Shown: positions 46,554 through 56,443 of the stretch, piece after piece
How positions within the stretch are numbered: the stretch's first letter is position 1
Layout of the letters: the number at the start of each line of letters is the position of its first letter
DNA from: a virus
Lineage: Duplodnaviria > Caudoviricetes
DNA length: 64,000 bases
Virus record (IMG/VR): IMGVR_UViG_3300029288_005873
Location: 96,001 to 160,000 of that record
Strand: one strand, 5' to 3'
The notes under the pieces: generated by a model
Database searches by the model: none
The model's input: only the letters and a program-made list of their open reading frames with translations
What the model was told of the DNA's origin: nothing
Translations under genes and position numbers: made by a program

Positions 46554-47375
46554 CTATTCAACGCTCCCTGGAGGCGGAACGCCTCCTTCCTCAAGTATCT
46601 CAGACAGTATAAGCAAAGAACGGACACTTGCTGATGACAGAAAACGTAGAATCTCTTCATGCGAGGCTGCCCTACATTGGTTGAAATTATCCGAGATGCT
46701 TCCCAATGTACCATCTGATTTCATGACAGTATACTTGTCGAACACATTACTACCAAAACCATGGACGCCATCAACAACAAAGCATATATCGCCCTCTTCA
46801 ATTCTGTGTCCAGAAACAGCTGGGACAAGAAATGTACCAGCAGGAAAACTGGTTTCTTCTTTGTCATTTGCTAGTATACTACAAAGTTCGGCAACTTTCT
46901 CAGAAGAAATTTTCACACCATATGGTGCGAGGAACTTATCAACCTTGTCTACGATGACGGGTTCAACATATCTATGGGAAGAAAGTGATACTAGATAATT
47001 CAACCTCAAAGCTAACCATTCCCTAAGCTCATACTTTATGGCTGGGAGAACGCGATGATATCCTACCGCTCTCCTAACCTCATTCGCCAATTCAACAACG
47101 TCCTTATCCTCAAACAGAACAGGAGGACAATTAACGAATGCGGATTTATCTAGATCAAGCATCATGTGCCAACGCGGAGGATTCCATGAAGGACATGTCA
47201 TATGAAGTGTGGCAACAGGAGATCGAAGATATCTACATATCTTTGGAATCCTCCAAACAATCTTTCCTCCGCAGGGTGTCTTGCCAACTAGATATAAGTC
47301 CGTCAAGACTTCAAAATTGTTTACCATGACACTGTACCAATATGGAATGTCACAACTTTTCCACATCCTGGGCAA
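46554..47375 (-). CDS. Hypothetical protein
   Basis: 273-aa ORF; start uncertain. Confidence 0.45.
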   Translation of the reverse strand: MPRMWKSCDIPYWYSVMVNNFEVLTDLYLVGKTPCGGKIVWRIPKICRYLRSPVATLHMTCPSWNPPRWHMMLDLDKSAFVNCPPVLFEDKDVVELANEVRRAVGYHRVLPAIKYELREWLALRLNYLVSLSSHRYVEPVIVDKVDKFLAPYGVKISSEKVAELCSILANDKEETSFPAGTFLVPAVSGHRIEEGDICFVVDGVHGFGSNVFDKYTVMKSDGTLGSISDNFNQCRAASHEEILRFLSSASVRSLLILSEILEEGGVPPPGSVE

Positions 47376-47485
47376 GTGTGTTTATACGTACCTGGCTGAA
47401 GGGCAATGTGACCTGGAGGGTTATGTTCTGGGTGAAAACACAAAGATCTAGTCCACTTGATCTCTCTGATTTTTTTGATCCTCAT
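47321..47485 (-). CDS. Small zinc-binding protein
   Basis: CFHPEHNPP..HTCPGCG; ATGA overlap. Confidence 0.5.
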   Translation of the reverse strand: MRIKKIREIKWTRSLCFHPEHNPPGHIALQPGTYKHTCPGCGKVVTFHIGTVSW

Positions 47486-48183
47486 TTTTCTTTCCTTTTG
47501 CCGGTAGGTTTGGTTGTATCTAAATATGATCCCATAATCGAAGAAATAGCTTCTAGGCACCCATCTCGTTCCACCAATAGTTCTTTGACCAACTCAGAAT
47601 TCTCAGCTTCCGCAAGTGCCATAAGCCTATCGGCGGCAATCATATGTATGATGGATTGTCGCTCATCATTAGGTCCATCACCAGGCTGCCAACCGTATCC
47701 TATGGCGCCCCTTACCAGAGTTTCAACAATGACCCGTTCCGCTTCCTGTTCCCAATGAGATAATGGTCTTTTGTTGATCTTTCTCCCACGACACGGCTCC
47801 TCTTTCAACAACCTTCCCGCAAGACGATTGGAGACTTTTTTATCATATGGATAAGGCGTCTGAACAAATAATTTGGTGGCAAGATTCATTTTCTCCTTGC
47901 GCTTAAATCCACCCATCCAATGTTGCGATTCAAGATGTACCTCGACAATCGGCCACAATCCAATATCCTCGAAGGCAACCGCATAGAGGGCATGCCCCAT
48001 AGCGAAACACGGATGAAGCTCAAAAACTGTTGGCTTTTTCTTCTTATCCACTCTTTTCTCTCCAAACAAAGTTTTGGACAGTTTGACTGCCTCGGCAGCT
48101 TCCGATATTAAACGCCTGTGGTAACGGCGCAAAGTGCGGTCAGCTTCCTTACATATTTGTAAGTCACTCTGGCGATTTGCCAT
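47482..48183 (-). CDS. Hypothetical protein
   Basis: GGAGG RBS before MANRQ. Confidence 0.55.
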   Translation of the reverse strand: MANRQSDLQICKEADRTLRRYHRRLISEAAEAVKLSKTLFGEKRVDKKKKPTVFELHPCFAMGHALYAVAFEDIGLWPIVEVHLESQHWMGGFKRKEKMNLATKLFVQTPYPYDKKVSNRLAGRLLKEEPCRGRKINKRPLSHWEQEAERVIVETLVRGAIGYGWQPGDGPNDERQSIIHMIAADRLMALAEAENSELVKELLVERDGCLEAISSIMGSYLDTTKPTGKRKEK

Positions 48184-48187
48184 TAGA

Positions 48188-48586
48188 CTATTCCTCCAGA
48201 AACTTATCAAGCATAAGGGTGAGATTCAGATTTTTCAAATATCCACATTGGCAGCTTTTTGGCTTATCCAGGTCAATAAGGAACCAGCCGTCATCTTTGG
48301 GATCTTGCTCAATAGAAAAGCCAATTCTTCTGCGCTTTCCTAGTGACCATTCGATGATGACCGCACCAAAGTCATCTTGGCTTGCCATCATTGGACAAGC
48401 TTCAGTTGGCAGTTTTTTACACGACATCAGAGAAACCTGAAGTGCGTCAAGAAGTTTGGACAGTCTTTCTGGAACTGATGATAGCCTCTTAGATAACCTG
48501 TCCACATTTTCTAGGATAACACCTATTGACTGACCTATCTGCTGAATATCCATTCTAAACTCCAATGATATATCAATTACTACCAA
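48188..48586 (-). CDS. Hypothetical protein
   Basis: ORF track; likely start MDIQQ. Confidence 0.5.
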   Translation of the reverse strand: MVVIDISLEFRMDIQQIGQSIGVILENVDRLSKRLSSVPERLSKLLDALQVSLMSCKKLPTEACPMMASQDDFGAVIIEWSLGKRRRIGFSIEQDPKDDGWFLIDLDKPKSCQCGYLKNLNLTLMLDKFLEE

Positions 48587-48603
48587 ATGGAAAATATTAA
48601 TTA

Positions 48604-48945
48604 CTAAAATTTATCCCCCGGAAAAACCGGTCTGTCTACAGACTCCTGACGCAAGTGTGTTGTTATTTCAACATAGCCACAAGTCTTACAGATGCGTTTC
48701 CATCTCTTCTCGGTATGCGGAGGAATATCGCATGGTAGACGACGGTCAACACCCATTGTTCCTGGTGGATCGCCGGGGTCGTGATATCCAGAATGGTGAA
48801 TTGGGTCATAAATAGGATCACTCCAATTGTGGCGACAATTCTTCTCTATTTTAGAGATTGCCGCACGGAGTCTGGCAACTTCCTTTTCCGCCTCGGCAAG
48901 CTCAGCCAGCATGTTTTGACGTTCAAGATAGACAAGAGATGGCAT
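48604..48945 (-). CDS. Hypothetical protein, coiled coil + zinc ribbon
   Basis: CRHNW...CKTCG; GGAGG RBS. Confidence 0.6.
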   Translation of the reverse strand: MPSLVYLERQNMLAELAEAEKEVARLRAAISKIEKNCRHNWSDPIYDPIHHSGYHDPGDPPGTMGVDRRLPCDIPPHTEKRWKRICKTCGYVEITTHLRQESVDRPVFPGDKF

Positions 48946-48956
48946 TATTCCTCCAA

Positions 48957-49817
48957 TCAGGAAACTTCACTGAAGTGGATCGCTGCGATTGAAATATCGT
49001 CGTGGTGTTCCCACCCCTTGACTGCGGCATCCTTCAAGAAAGCATTAAGCCGCCTCTGTACAAATCGTCCACTGTGAAGTCTAAAATTCATAAGGCTTTC
49101 AAGTACTTCGCTCAATGGAACTACTTCGTTTGCTCCATTCTTGCTTCGCCTGTAGAACGACTTTACGCCATCAGACATTACGGCAGCAAGCTCAAGCTTT
49201 GCTACGCCTTGTTTAATTTGATGTATCTCGCCATATCCATTGTGTGGATCAAATCCGCGCTCTTGGTAATTTTCAAGTTTTCCATCAAGCCAACTCATAT
49301 CGCGCACAAGTTTATTTGCTTTGGTATCTACCCATACAGAATCATATTTATTTCGTCGCTCTTTGTCGAAACGATATGATAGGTAATCTGGATAACCATT
49401 CGTCAACTCGATGTCTAGGCACTTAGTGCTTCCATGTTCCCATTTCAGAAATAGAACGCCATCTCCAAATGCTGACAAACAAACATATTCTCCATCACAC
49501 ATAATGGAAAGTAGAGTGGCATCCAATACTTCTGGAGATAAACCAAGACCATTAGCTGAAGTTCTCGCGCTACACATGGTCATCATTCCGATTTCTTCTG
49601 GAGAGGATGTCTTCAGATTCCATCCAGTCTCAAGCATGGCGCGGAAAGATTGCCTTGCGGAAAGAACCATCAGCCTAGCTCCGATGTCTGAGTCTGGGCT
49701 AGATGAGCATCCATCCGATACCCAAGCCTTTCCCCATTCACCATCAACCTCCGCTTTTGCATAATCTTGGCATACTTCGTGACGTTTTCCTATAGCGAAT
49801 GCGCTGTCTGCGTTCAT
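48957..49817 (-). CDS. PP2C-like protein phosphatase (TerY-P type)
   Basis: HEVCQDY, VSDGCSS, DATLL, FGDG, MSDGV, HDDIS. Confidence 0.88.
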   Translation of the reverse strand: MNADSAFAIGKRHEVCQDYAKAEVDGEWGKAWVSDGCSSSPDSDIGARLMVLSARQSFRAMLETGWNLKTSSPEEIGMMTMCSARTSANGLGLSPEVLDATLLSIMCDGEYVCLSAFGDGVLFLKWEHGSTKCLDIELTNGYPDYLSYRFDKERRNKYDSVWVDTKANKLVRDMSWLDGKLENYQERGFDPHNGYGEIHQIKQGVAKLELAAVMSDGVKSFYRRSKNGANEVVPLSEVLESLMNFRLHSGRFVQRRLNAFLKDAAVKGWEHHDDISIAAIHFSEVS

Positions 49818-50185
49818 GGATTTAGCTCCATCTTTACCTGTTCGCCCATATTGTCTACCAGCATTTTCAACTGATCCATCTTCCAATTACCACTTAGATT
49901 AATGCGCACCTGTGCGTCTTCTAGCAAATTCTTAAGCATTCTTGGTAGTTTGTGAGCATCCATCCAAGCACACATGTTCGCTTTAATTAGGCTCTGTTCG
50001 CTTCCAGAACTTGCAAGAACCCATTCACCCCAACGTGGTAAGTAGACTCTTGCACACATGATAACCTCATATGTTCTATCAGCAGGTATTGTAGTTCCAC
50101 TGACTGCGGCAGCGCAAATACGACAAACAATGTCGAACAGGTTATCACATGTAAAAAATGGAACTGTCACATAATTTATATCCAT
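49814..50185 (-). CDS. Hypothetical protein
   Basis: ATGA overlap with the PP2C gene. Confidence 0.5.
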   Translation of the reverse strand: MDINYVTVPFFTCDNLFDIVCRICAAAVSGTTIPADRTYEVIMCARVYLPRWGEWVLASSGSEQSLIKANMCAWMDAHKLPRMLKNLLEDAQVRINLSGNWKMDQLKMLVDNMGEQVKMELNP

Positions 50186-50188
50186 TGA

Positions 50189-50371
50189 TCACCTGTAAGG
50201 ACCAGAAGACACTTCACGTTCCATGGTCCAGCACCAACTTCTTACTATTTGATTGCCAGCAGCAGCGCAAAAAACTACACGGAATCCTTCAGCAGCCCAT
50301 TGGGCTATCTGTTTTGCTGCTTCAGGAGAGTTCTCCGACCCCCATACGATTTTATATTCGTAATGATTCAT
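50189..50371 (-). CDS. Small DUF4177-like protein
   Basis: YEYKIV..AAEGFRVV..MERE. Confidence 0.55.
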   Translation of the reverse strand: MNHYEYKIVWGSENSPEAAKQIAQWAAEGFRVVFCAAAGNQIVRSWCWTMEREVSSGPYR

Positions 50372-50379
50372 AGCCCACC

Positions 50380-50754
50380 CTAATTCAGAAAGTCTTTCGA
50401 TACATCGCGTCTCATGACGCGCTTCCTCTCCATCAAAATGCGTTCAAGCATCTCTCCATCCTCCTTGTTTAGGATGGGTAACCCGAAGCGTTCTACCAAC
50501 GCATCACTATATACAAGTAATAGTTCATTATCTGTAGACATGAAACTATCACTATTGAAGTCGTTTTCCTCCCAATGAGCAAGCGCAGAGGCATAAGCAT
50601 GCATTGCTGTCACATTCTCCATGTCAAAATGTAACGCGCCTCTTTCCTTCCAGTCTAGAATGCTATCAAGGAACTCCTCGATCTCGGACATCTTATCCAA
50701 AGATTTTCTATCCATTGTATTCTCCGTTAATCCAGTCCCTTGAGGATCATCCAA
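50380..50754 (-). CDS. Hypothetical acidic protein
   Basis: ORF track; likely start MDRKS. Confidence 0.5.
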   Translation of the reverse strand: MDDPQGTGLTENTMDRKSLDKMSEIEEFLDSILDWKERGALHFDMENVTAMHAYASALAHWEENDFNSDSFMSTDNELLLVYSDALVERFGLPILNKEDGEMLERILMERKRVMRRDVSKDFLN

Positions 50755-51157
50755 TTTCTATAATTTTTGAGTGCCTTCCTAAACCTTGGGCAAAAAATAT
50801 ACACCCAGTCGACCGAATGAATGCGATCATAGTAAGTGGCACGAGTCCTGCCAAGCTCAACAGATCCCACTCTTATCCAGAAAAGTCCAGTCAGATAGAA
50901 CCCCAATGTTCTTTGACCATGTTTGAGAACCCATCCAGACCTTTCTTCTCTTTTGTTATAATAAACAACCATCCGATATTTGTTTTTATCCAATCTTGTG
51001 GATTCGATATAATAGATGCCTTTAGGCGCTCAAACATATTCTTCTTTGATGGAAGGGAGGACTAGGAACATTTGTCGAAACCGGCTCCAGCGTCTCTAGA
51101 CGCTCTAAAGCGGCAGCAAGATTATCGCGGTATGCGTCTGGCTTTTGTATAATTGGT

Positions 51158-51586
51158 TTATAGGAGATTTTCATGATTATCTATTACCTCACAAGCTGCC
51201 TGAGGCGGATTGTTCTTAACAAGGATGTAGTGCTCTGAATCGGGAATTTGAAAATCCCTATCACCCGTTAGTGTTCCATCCTCGATTTCCGAGATACTCT
51301 TTAGAACTCTTGGTGTTCCAAGCCATGCAAATACCCAACCCGCTTCGTCGGATTTATTCCACATAAGATCTCCAATAGAATCGCGATTCCTCTTTACTTT
51401 CTGAAGGACCGCCAAGGCTTCTTTGGAGATCTCCAAATGCTTTTTTGAATGTAGAAGAACACATCCGATTTTCCCATTGCCAGCTGGTATCCAATCCTTA
51501 TGCTCTAGGTCTACTGGTCCGGTAATCACAAGATACCTTTTGTAGGTATGGACACTAACAAGTGGTTCTATGTTTTTTGACATCAC
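51158..51586 (-). CDS. Hypothetical protein
   Basis: 142-aa ORF coupled to the endonuclease VII-like gene. Confidence 0.55.
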   Translation of the reverse strand: MMSKNIEPLVSVHTYKRYLVITGPVDLEHKDWIPAGNGKIGCVLLHSKKHLEISKEALAVLQKVKRNRDSIGDLMWNKSDEAGWVFAWLGTPRVLKSISEIEDGTLTGDRDFQIPDSEHYILVKNNPPQAACEVIDNHENLL

Positions 51587-52134
51587 ATTTCTGCTTTCTG
51601 ACTGTGGATTTTTAGATATTGAATAGCCATCTCCAGCAATTCTATTGAGTCCTCAAACCAGCCAAGACCTAGATTACAGCGACCACAAAGAAGTCCACGA
51701 TTCTCGCCCGTTTTATGGTTGTGATCCACAGCAAGTTTCTTGGATCCTGGTTCCTTGTGACATACGGCACATTTGTAATCTTGCTTTCTTTCTAGTTCGC
51801 GATATTGTTCCAAACTTATGCCAAATTTCTTTCGCAGATCGGCATCTTTGTAGTAGTCTGGATTTCTGTAATATCGAGCCTTTGCTTTCTCTTTATGGCA
51901 TATCGCACAATAAATTGAAATTCCATATTTGGTATGTGTATCTTTTAGGAATTCTCCGATTGTTTTTATCTTATCGCATTTAGGGCAATATGATTTGCCT
52001 TCTTTGATTAGCCGTTCTCTACGTTTGAGCGGCTTTGCTGTTGAGCCGTGTCTTCTTTGTCTATTGTAATGTTTAGAACACAGTCCATTCTCAAATACCT
52101 TATTGTCACAACCTTCTACACTACAATTATCCAT
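51583..52134 (-). CDS. Endonuclease VII-like (HNH) homing endonuclease
   Basis: CSVEGC..GLCSKHY; CAVC..LAVDHNHKTG..RGLLCGRCNLGLG. Confidence 0.9.
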   Translation of the reverse strand: MDNCSVEGCDNKVFENGLCSKHYNRQRRHGSTAKPLKRRERLIKEGKSYCPKCDKIKTIGEFLKDTHTKYGISIYCAICHKEKAKARYYRNPDYYKDADLRKKFGISLEQYRELERKQDYKCAVCHKEPGSKKLAVDHNHKTGENRGLLCGRCNLGLGWFEDSIELLEMAIQYLKIHSQKAEM

Positions 52135-52146
52135 ATGTCCACTAAT

Positions 52147-53010
52147 CTACATTCCTTTTTTTGTTTTGATGTACTGCTTCCACAACTGGGCAGATTTTCT
52201 ACCAATCACAGTATCGATATCACGACCTTCTGTAATCTCTCCCTTTGCTTCTTTTCTTATGTCCTTAATCATAGCTTTCACGATTTCACCAGTATGCTCT
52301 ATTCCATTAGCATAAGGCAGATCTTGAAGTATGTGCGCCAACCTCATTGGCACTACCCATTCATCGGCAATTTCCTGAGCCTTCGTCATTACTTCCAGTT
52401 TCGCAGGATCTGATACCTTTGGTACATGTGCGCGTTCTGAAAACTCTTCTCGCTTGTGCTTACATATAATACGCTCACCGTTATTCATTACCACTTCAAT
52501 AGGTGGTCGAAGAACAACGCCCTCACGTTTGTGACCGGGTCCCATGCCATTACGCACAGCTTGAACGGAATCGGAGTCGCGCTCGGCGTCTATGGCAGCG
52601 AGGTCCGTTGGGATCTCGACATAGTGAACAAACTCTAAACCAAGGTCGCTTGCGACCTTTTCTGCCTTGGGAACAGAGAGCCAGGATTCCTCAACCCGAA
52701 CATCGAACACAATAAACTTAAGGTTCGGACCGTAGGTATGGGACATTCCCTGCTGTTTACCGCCATAGGCCTCGCCGTGGATGCGGACCTTCATGTCACC
52801 AAAGTTGTCTGTGAAAATCGCAGTAAGCTTCTCCTGATCGAACAAGGATACGAACTTCTCGTGCTTCTCGCCGCCAGAGAAGAATCCCAACTGCCCGTTA
52901 TTCCAGGAGAGGTGTGCACTAGTTCCGTGACACTTCTCCATTGCGTAACACCTCTTGAACAAAAGAATTTCTTGAGCCTTGTACAGCAAAGGAATATCCA
53001 TGTATCCCAT
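52147..53010 (-). CDS. Rnl2-like RNA ligase
   Basis: MEKCHGTS (KxHG motif I), HGEAYG, VFDV, REGVVLRP, KHK. Confidence 0.85.
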   Translation of the reverse strand: MGYMDIPLLYKAQEILLFKRCYAMEKCHGTSAHLSWNNGQLGFFSGGEKHEKFVSLFDQEKLTAIFTDNFGDMKVRIHGEAYGGKQQGMSHTYGPNLKFIVFDVRVEESWLSVPKAEKVASDLGLEFVHYVEIPTDLAAIDAERDSDSVQAVRNGMGPGHKREGVVLRPPIEVVMNNGERIICKHKREEFSERAHVPKVSDPAKLEVMTKAQEIADEWVVPMRLAHILQDLPYANGIEHTGEIVKAMIKDIRKEAKGEITEGRDIDTVIGRKSAQLWKQYIKTKKGM

Positions 53011-53033
53011 TTTTTATTCTCCGTCGGATATTT

Positions 53034-53062
53034 TCTATCAATATCCTAGCATTATAGCAATG
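53034..53062 (+). promoter_or_regulatory. Conserved putative phage promoter motif (copy 3)
   Basis: TCTATCAAT-ATCC-TAGCAT-TATAGCA-ATG. Confidence 0.6.
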
Positions 53063-53812
53063 GAGGTTGCCATGCTAGGACACATCATGACCAAGGAAAC
53101 CCTGGACCAACTCTATGTGATCGAGAAACTTTCGGTTGCTGCGGTTGCTAGGAAACTTCACACCACAACGACTACGGTTAGGAAATATCTCAAATTCCAC
53201 AACATCCCATTCAGGGACAACCCGGCCCAGCCCAAAGATATTACAGGATATAGATTCGACCGCTTGGTGGCTCTACACCCAGCATCCCCCGACAGATTCG
53301 GCAAAAGTCGCTGGCATTGCGCCTGTGATTGTGGCAGGACGGTCGAGATCAACTATTCGTCTTTGGCATATGGTCTCACGACCTCCTGCGGGTGCCGCAA
53401 GATTGAACTATGTAGGCGAGGCGGATACAAAGATATATCTCGCGCTTGGTGGCGCAGGATGGTCAAGAATGCCGCTATGCGTGGATACGAGTTCAGTGTG
53501 ACACCGGAAGATGTCTGGGGCATCTATGAGCAGCAGGGAAAGCGATGCGCCCTCACCAATCTTCTTGTAGGATTCTTTCCCGATTCCAACCAAATGTACC
53601 GCCAGACCGCCTCGCTCGACCGTATCGATAGCAGCCTTGGCTATGTCAAGGGGAACATCCAAATCGTCCACAAGGTCGTCAACCAGATGAAAAGTTACCT
53701 TACGGATGAGGAGTTCGTAGCATTCTGTAACGAGGTAGCGCGCAGCCATCCAATGGATCACGACGCCTGCCTAGTTGCAACCTCGCGGACAATTATGCGC
53801 AAGGTTACTTAA
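53060..53812 (+). CDS. HNH-type homing endonuclease with N-terminal HTH
   Basis: DITGYRFDRL..WHCACDCG..SCGC; CALT..ASLDRIDSSLGYVKGNIQIV..VNQMK. Confidence 0.88.
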   Translation: MEVAMLGHIMTKETLDQLYVIEKLSVAAVARKLHTTTTTVRKYLKFHNIPFRDNPAQPKDITGYRFDRLVALHPASPDRFGKSRWHCACDCGRTVEINYSSLAYGLTTSCGCRKIELCRRGGYKDISRAWWRRMVKNAAMRGYEFSVTPEDVWGIYEQQGKRCALTNLLVGFFPDSNQMYRQTASLDRIDSSLGYVKGNIQIVHKVVNQMKSYLTDEEFVAFCNEVARSHPMDHDACLVATSRTIMRKVT

Positions 53813-54045
53813 TCTACTGGCGGATCAAGTTGGTCCGTATTCCCTACGCTTTCTCCAAGCCATTCAATCCAATAGTCGAACTCCTCCTGATTGATGTCTG
53901 GCGCCAACTTGCGCATCTCTCCGATTATCCACGCATTGCTGCTGCTTGGACACATTGCTTTTATACCACGGAACATTCCAGCAAATTCTCCCTCACGTAA
54001 CGCATCTAGTACGGCGTTTGCCTGGTTTTGCATTGGCGTTCCCAT
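53809..54045 (-). CDS. Hypothetical protein
   Basis: 78-aa ORF, TAATG overlap. Confidence 0.5.
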   Translation of the reverse strand: MGTPMQNQANAVLDALREGEFAGMFRGIKAMCPSSSNAWIIGEMRKLAPDINQEEFDYWIEWLGESVGNTDQLDPPVD

Positions 54046-54491
54046 TATGATCGTCCCTTCCTCTCAGCAATTAGATTAGCCAGAGTTTCCTCATAGTATG
54101 AACGCAGATCTACTCCCAACGGAGGATCTTTAATATTGCCTTTCCTGAGTTCCATACGATAGGAATAATATGCCCCACACAATTCAGCAAGCTTAGTCTC
54201 GAAAAAGGAGAGCCAATCTCCGATAGGTTTCTGGACAAACTCAAAAGGGTCTTCCTTAAAATAAGACCCCGTGCCATATAAATCTTTTCGTTGTTTTAGA
54301 CATTCGTCCCAAGATTTTGGAGTACGAGTCGCTTTGGATCGTTCTACCGTATCGGAACATTTGTGCGCAGCATCAATGACCTCAACGGCAAACAAATCAG
54401 ATTCATCGCAATCCAAAGCAATGAATTCATCCACATATGTACTCCATACAGCCCATTTGCCGTTTGGCTGCCTTACAAAACAATGTCCCAT
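54045..54491 (-). CDS. Hypothetical protein
   Basis: Likely start MGHCFVRQPNGK after AAGGA. Confidence 0.55.
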   Translation of the reverse strand: MGHCFVRQPNGKWAVWSTYVDEFIALDCDESDLFAVEVIDAAHKCSDTVERSKATRTPKSWDECLKQRKDLYGTGSYFKEDPFEFVQKPIGDWLSFFETKLAELCGAYYSYRMELRKGNIKDPPLGVDLRSYYEETLANLIAERKGRS

Positions 54492-54492
54492 G

Positions 54493-54888
54493 TTATTTTC
54501 CTTTGTGTTTGTATGGATCCAATCCAGTACGTTTACAAAGCCTTGTGTAAAGCCCTGCGACAATCCTATTTGCTTTGGCTTGATCGCCAACGACCCAGAA
54601 TCCTCTATCTGGAAAAATGCCACCAAATCCCTCGACATGGCGAATTATATGCTCGATTTCGACGTCAGTCAGAATTGGTTCAATCTTTTCTTTGATTTCC
54701 AAACCCACATGTATGGGATTGTCGTCCTTAACTTCAATTTCTATTACACCTTTAGTCATGTTGAAGGAAACTTTAGCTTCGTGATTGCCAACACAATCTT
54801 CTGCCCTGATCAGCTCATCAATCAATCCACGCAAAGTTCCCATACTCAATCCTCGTCCAGGTGATCGCTTCCACATCTGGGACAACAT
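54493..54888 (-). CDS. Hypothetical protein
   Basis: ORF track; likely start MGTLR. Confidence 0.45.
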   Translation of the reverse strand: MLSQMWKRSPGRGLSMGTLRGLIDELIRAEDCVGNHEAKVSFNMTKGVIEIEVKDDNPIHVGLEIKEKIEPILTDVEIEHIIRHVEGFGGIFPDRGFWVVGDQAKANRIVAGLYTRLCKRTGLDPYKHKGK

Positions 54889-55133
54889 GCGCCCCTCACA
54901 TCTTCATGACGCATAAACTTCATCCCCCTAATTTCCTCAGCAGCATTCTCACAAGCTTGCGCAATGACTTCACGCCAAGAGATTTTGCCTTTATGAGATT
55001 CTACTTCTACAATATCTAGCTTAGCAAAATCCAACAAGACATGTTCCCAGTCTCTCAATGATTTTAATGGATTATAGTCCTTGCTCCAGTAATCATCTTG
55101 TTCCCAACCACAATTCCGACAAAACAAAAACAT
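54846..55133 (-). CDS. Zinc-ribbon hypothetical protein
   Basis: MFLFCRNCGWEQDD...CPRCG; AAGGAG RBS. Confidence 0.55.
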   Translation of the reverse strand: MFLFCRNCGWEQDDYWSKDYNPLKSLRDWEHVLLDFAKLDIVEVESHKGKISWREVIAQACENAAEEIRGMKFMRHEDVRGACCPRCGSDHLDED

Positions 55134-55143
55134 CGGCGCTCCT

Positions 55144-55347
55144 TTATTTTGGTGGCTCGGGCAACCCAAAAAGAAAACCTGGATTGTTGCCCTCTTCATC
55201 AGAAGACAATGCGCACTCGTACCGCCTACCATCCTTCTCAAAGACAATGGCAGTAAATCCTTCACCGTCATCCTTGATCTCTATGACCACACAACCAATT
55301 AGTGGCTTAAGATAATGCTTCATGAAATCATGATTTGGATGACTCAT
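55144..55347 (-). CDS. Small hypothetical protein
   Basis: SSDEEGNNPGFLF motif. Confidence 0.55.
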   Translation of the reverse strand: MSHPNHDFMKHYLKPLIGCVVIEIKDDGEGFTAIVFEKDGRRYECALSSDEEGNNPGFLFGLPEPPK

Positions 55348-55687
55348 TTTTCACCTGCTTTTCATATCTAAGTTCCATACAGCCAGGTTCCATTTTGCGT
55401 TTTCGCGAATGCCATTTTGGACCACGATTTCTACGTATAAGCTGCTGGATTTCACACCAAGTACTGTAGGCTTCTTTCTCATGTTCCATATCGGAACGCT
55501 TGTCTAGTATATATGCTTCAATGTGCCATGCTTCTTTAGCATGAGGACATGAAAACTTATCATATACTAGACCATCTATATCATGAATGCTGCGTTCTAC
55601 AACACATTCGGAATCGCACACCTCGCACAGGCGTATCTCGATTTCTCCTGGGCGACGAAAGAATGTATCGTAATCCAGTTCGGGCAT
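55328..55687 (-). CDS. Zinc-finger protein, paralog of 55952..56443
   Basis: CEVCDSECVVER..DKFSCPH..WH. Confidence 0.55.
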   Translation of the reverse strand: MPELDYDTFFRRPGEIEIRLCEVCDSECVVERSIHDIDGLVYDKFSCPHAKEAWHIEAYILDKRSDMEHEKEAYSTWCEIQQLIRRNRGPKWHSRKRKMEPGCMELRYEKQVKNESSKS

Positions 55688-55688
55688 T

Positions 55689-55970
55689 CTACTTCTCCTC
55701 TGTATCTCGAAGTTTTTTACAATATTCCAGGAACTGCTTGTCATCCAGAACCTGGAATGAGAGTTCTTTTTCCATGTTCAGACCATCTACAAAAAAATCA
55801 TTTGACAAGTCGTGGCGATTGGGAGTACCTAGGGCTGACGCCAAACGTCGAATTAAACCCACAGCTTCATCACGAGTCATGGTTACAATGGTGCGTACAT
55901 TCTCGGCAAAGAATGCTCCGTAATCCTTTCTCATTGTTACTTTTTCTGTGATCATGATCTTTTCACCCAC
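55689..55970 (-). CDS. Hypothetical protein
   Basis: ORF track. Confidence 0.45.
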   Translation of the reverse strand: MGEKIMITEKVTMRKDYGAFFAENVRTIVTMTRDEAVGLIRRLASALGTPNRHDLSNDFFVDGLNMEKELSFQVLDDKQFLEYCKKLRDTEEK

Positions 55971-56443
55971 TTACATGTTGACTTGTGAGAGCAAGGTTCT
56001 TTACTATTACATCCGCTTCTCCAAGGTTTATAAGACGCACATTCCTCCTTGCCACAATTAGGACATATCTGCTCATATACAATGTCAAATACAGTTCCAC
56101 AATTCGAACATGTATTTAAGCTATCATCTACAAGCTCGTCAAGATCTGCTTCAATTAGAGCTCGTAGTCGTTTGCTTTCAGTTCCACGCATCTCATTGAT
56201 TAACTTGGTAGCGCGTCTATGCCATTCCAACCCATAATATGGACAAGCAAAAGTATCATGAGGATGCCCTCGCCCAGCCACCGATTCAGCCCAACTGGTT
56301 GGACCATTATGTCCCCTAGTAACTAAACATATGGCACCACATACGCCACACATTTTCTGTTCGTCATCTGGTACAGAACCAGGATCGCCGAATGACATTC
56401 CACCACATCTTGATTTGCCGAGGTACCCGAATTCGTTCCTCAT
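55952..56443 (-). CDS. Zinc-finger protein
   Basis: CGVCGAICLVTR..DTFACPY..WH; extra CSNCG..CPNCG. Confidence 0.6.
   Translation of the reverse strand: MRNEFGYLGKSRCGGMSFGDPGSVPDDEQKMCGVCGAICLVTRGHNGPTSWAESVAGRGHPHDTFACPYYGLEWHRRATKLINEMRGTESKRLRALIEADLDELVDDSLNTCSNCGTVFDIVYEQICPNCGKEECASYKPWRSGCNSKEPCSHKSTCKWVKRS

Noticed and set aside
48586-48604. Degenerate copy of the endonuclease promoter motif (also partial TCTATCA matches at about 60809 and 60859)
   Set aside because: Spacing or the second box does not match; could be chance in AT-rich DNA.
50727-51174. Possible single gene broken by frameshifts
   Set aside because: Joining the fragments needs two separate -1 shifts and there is no motif to anchor them; too ambiguous to call.
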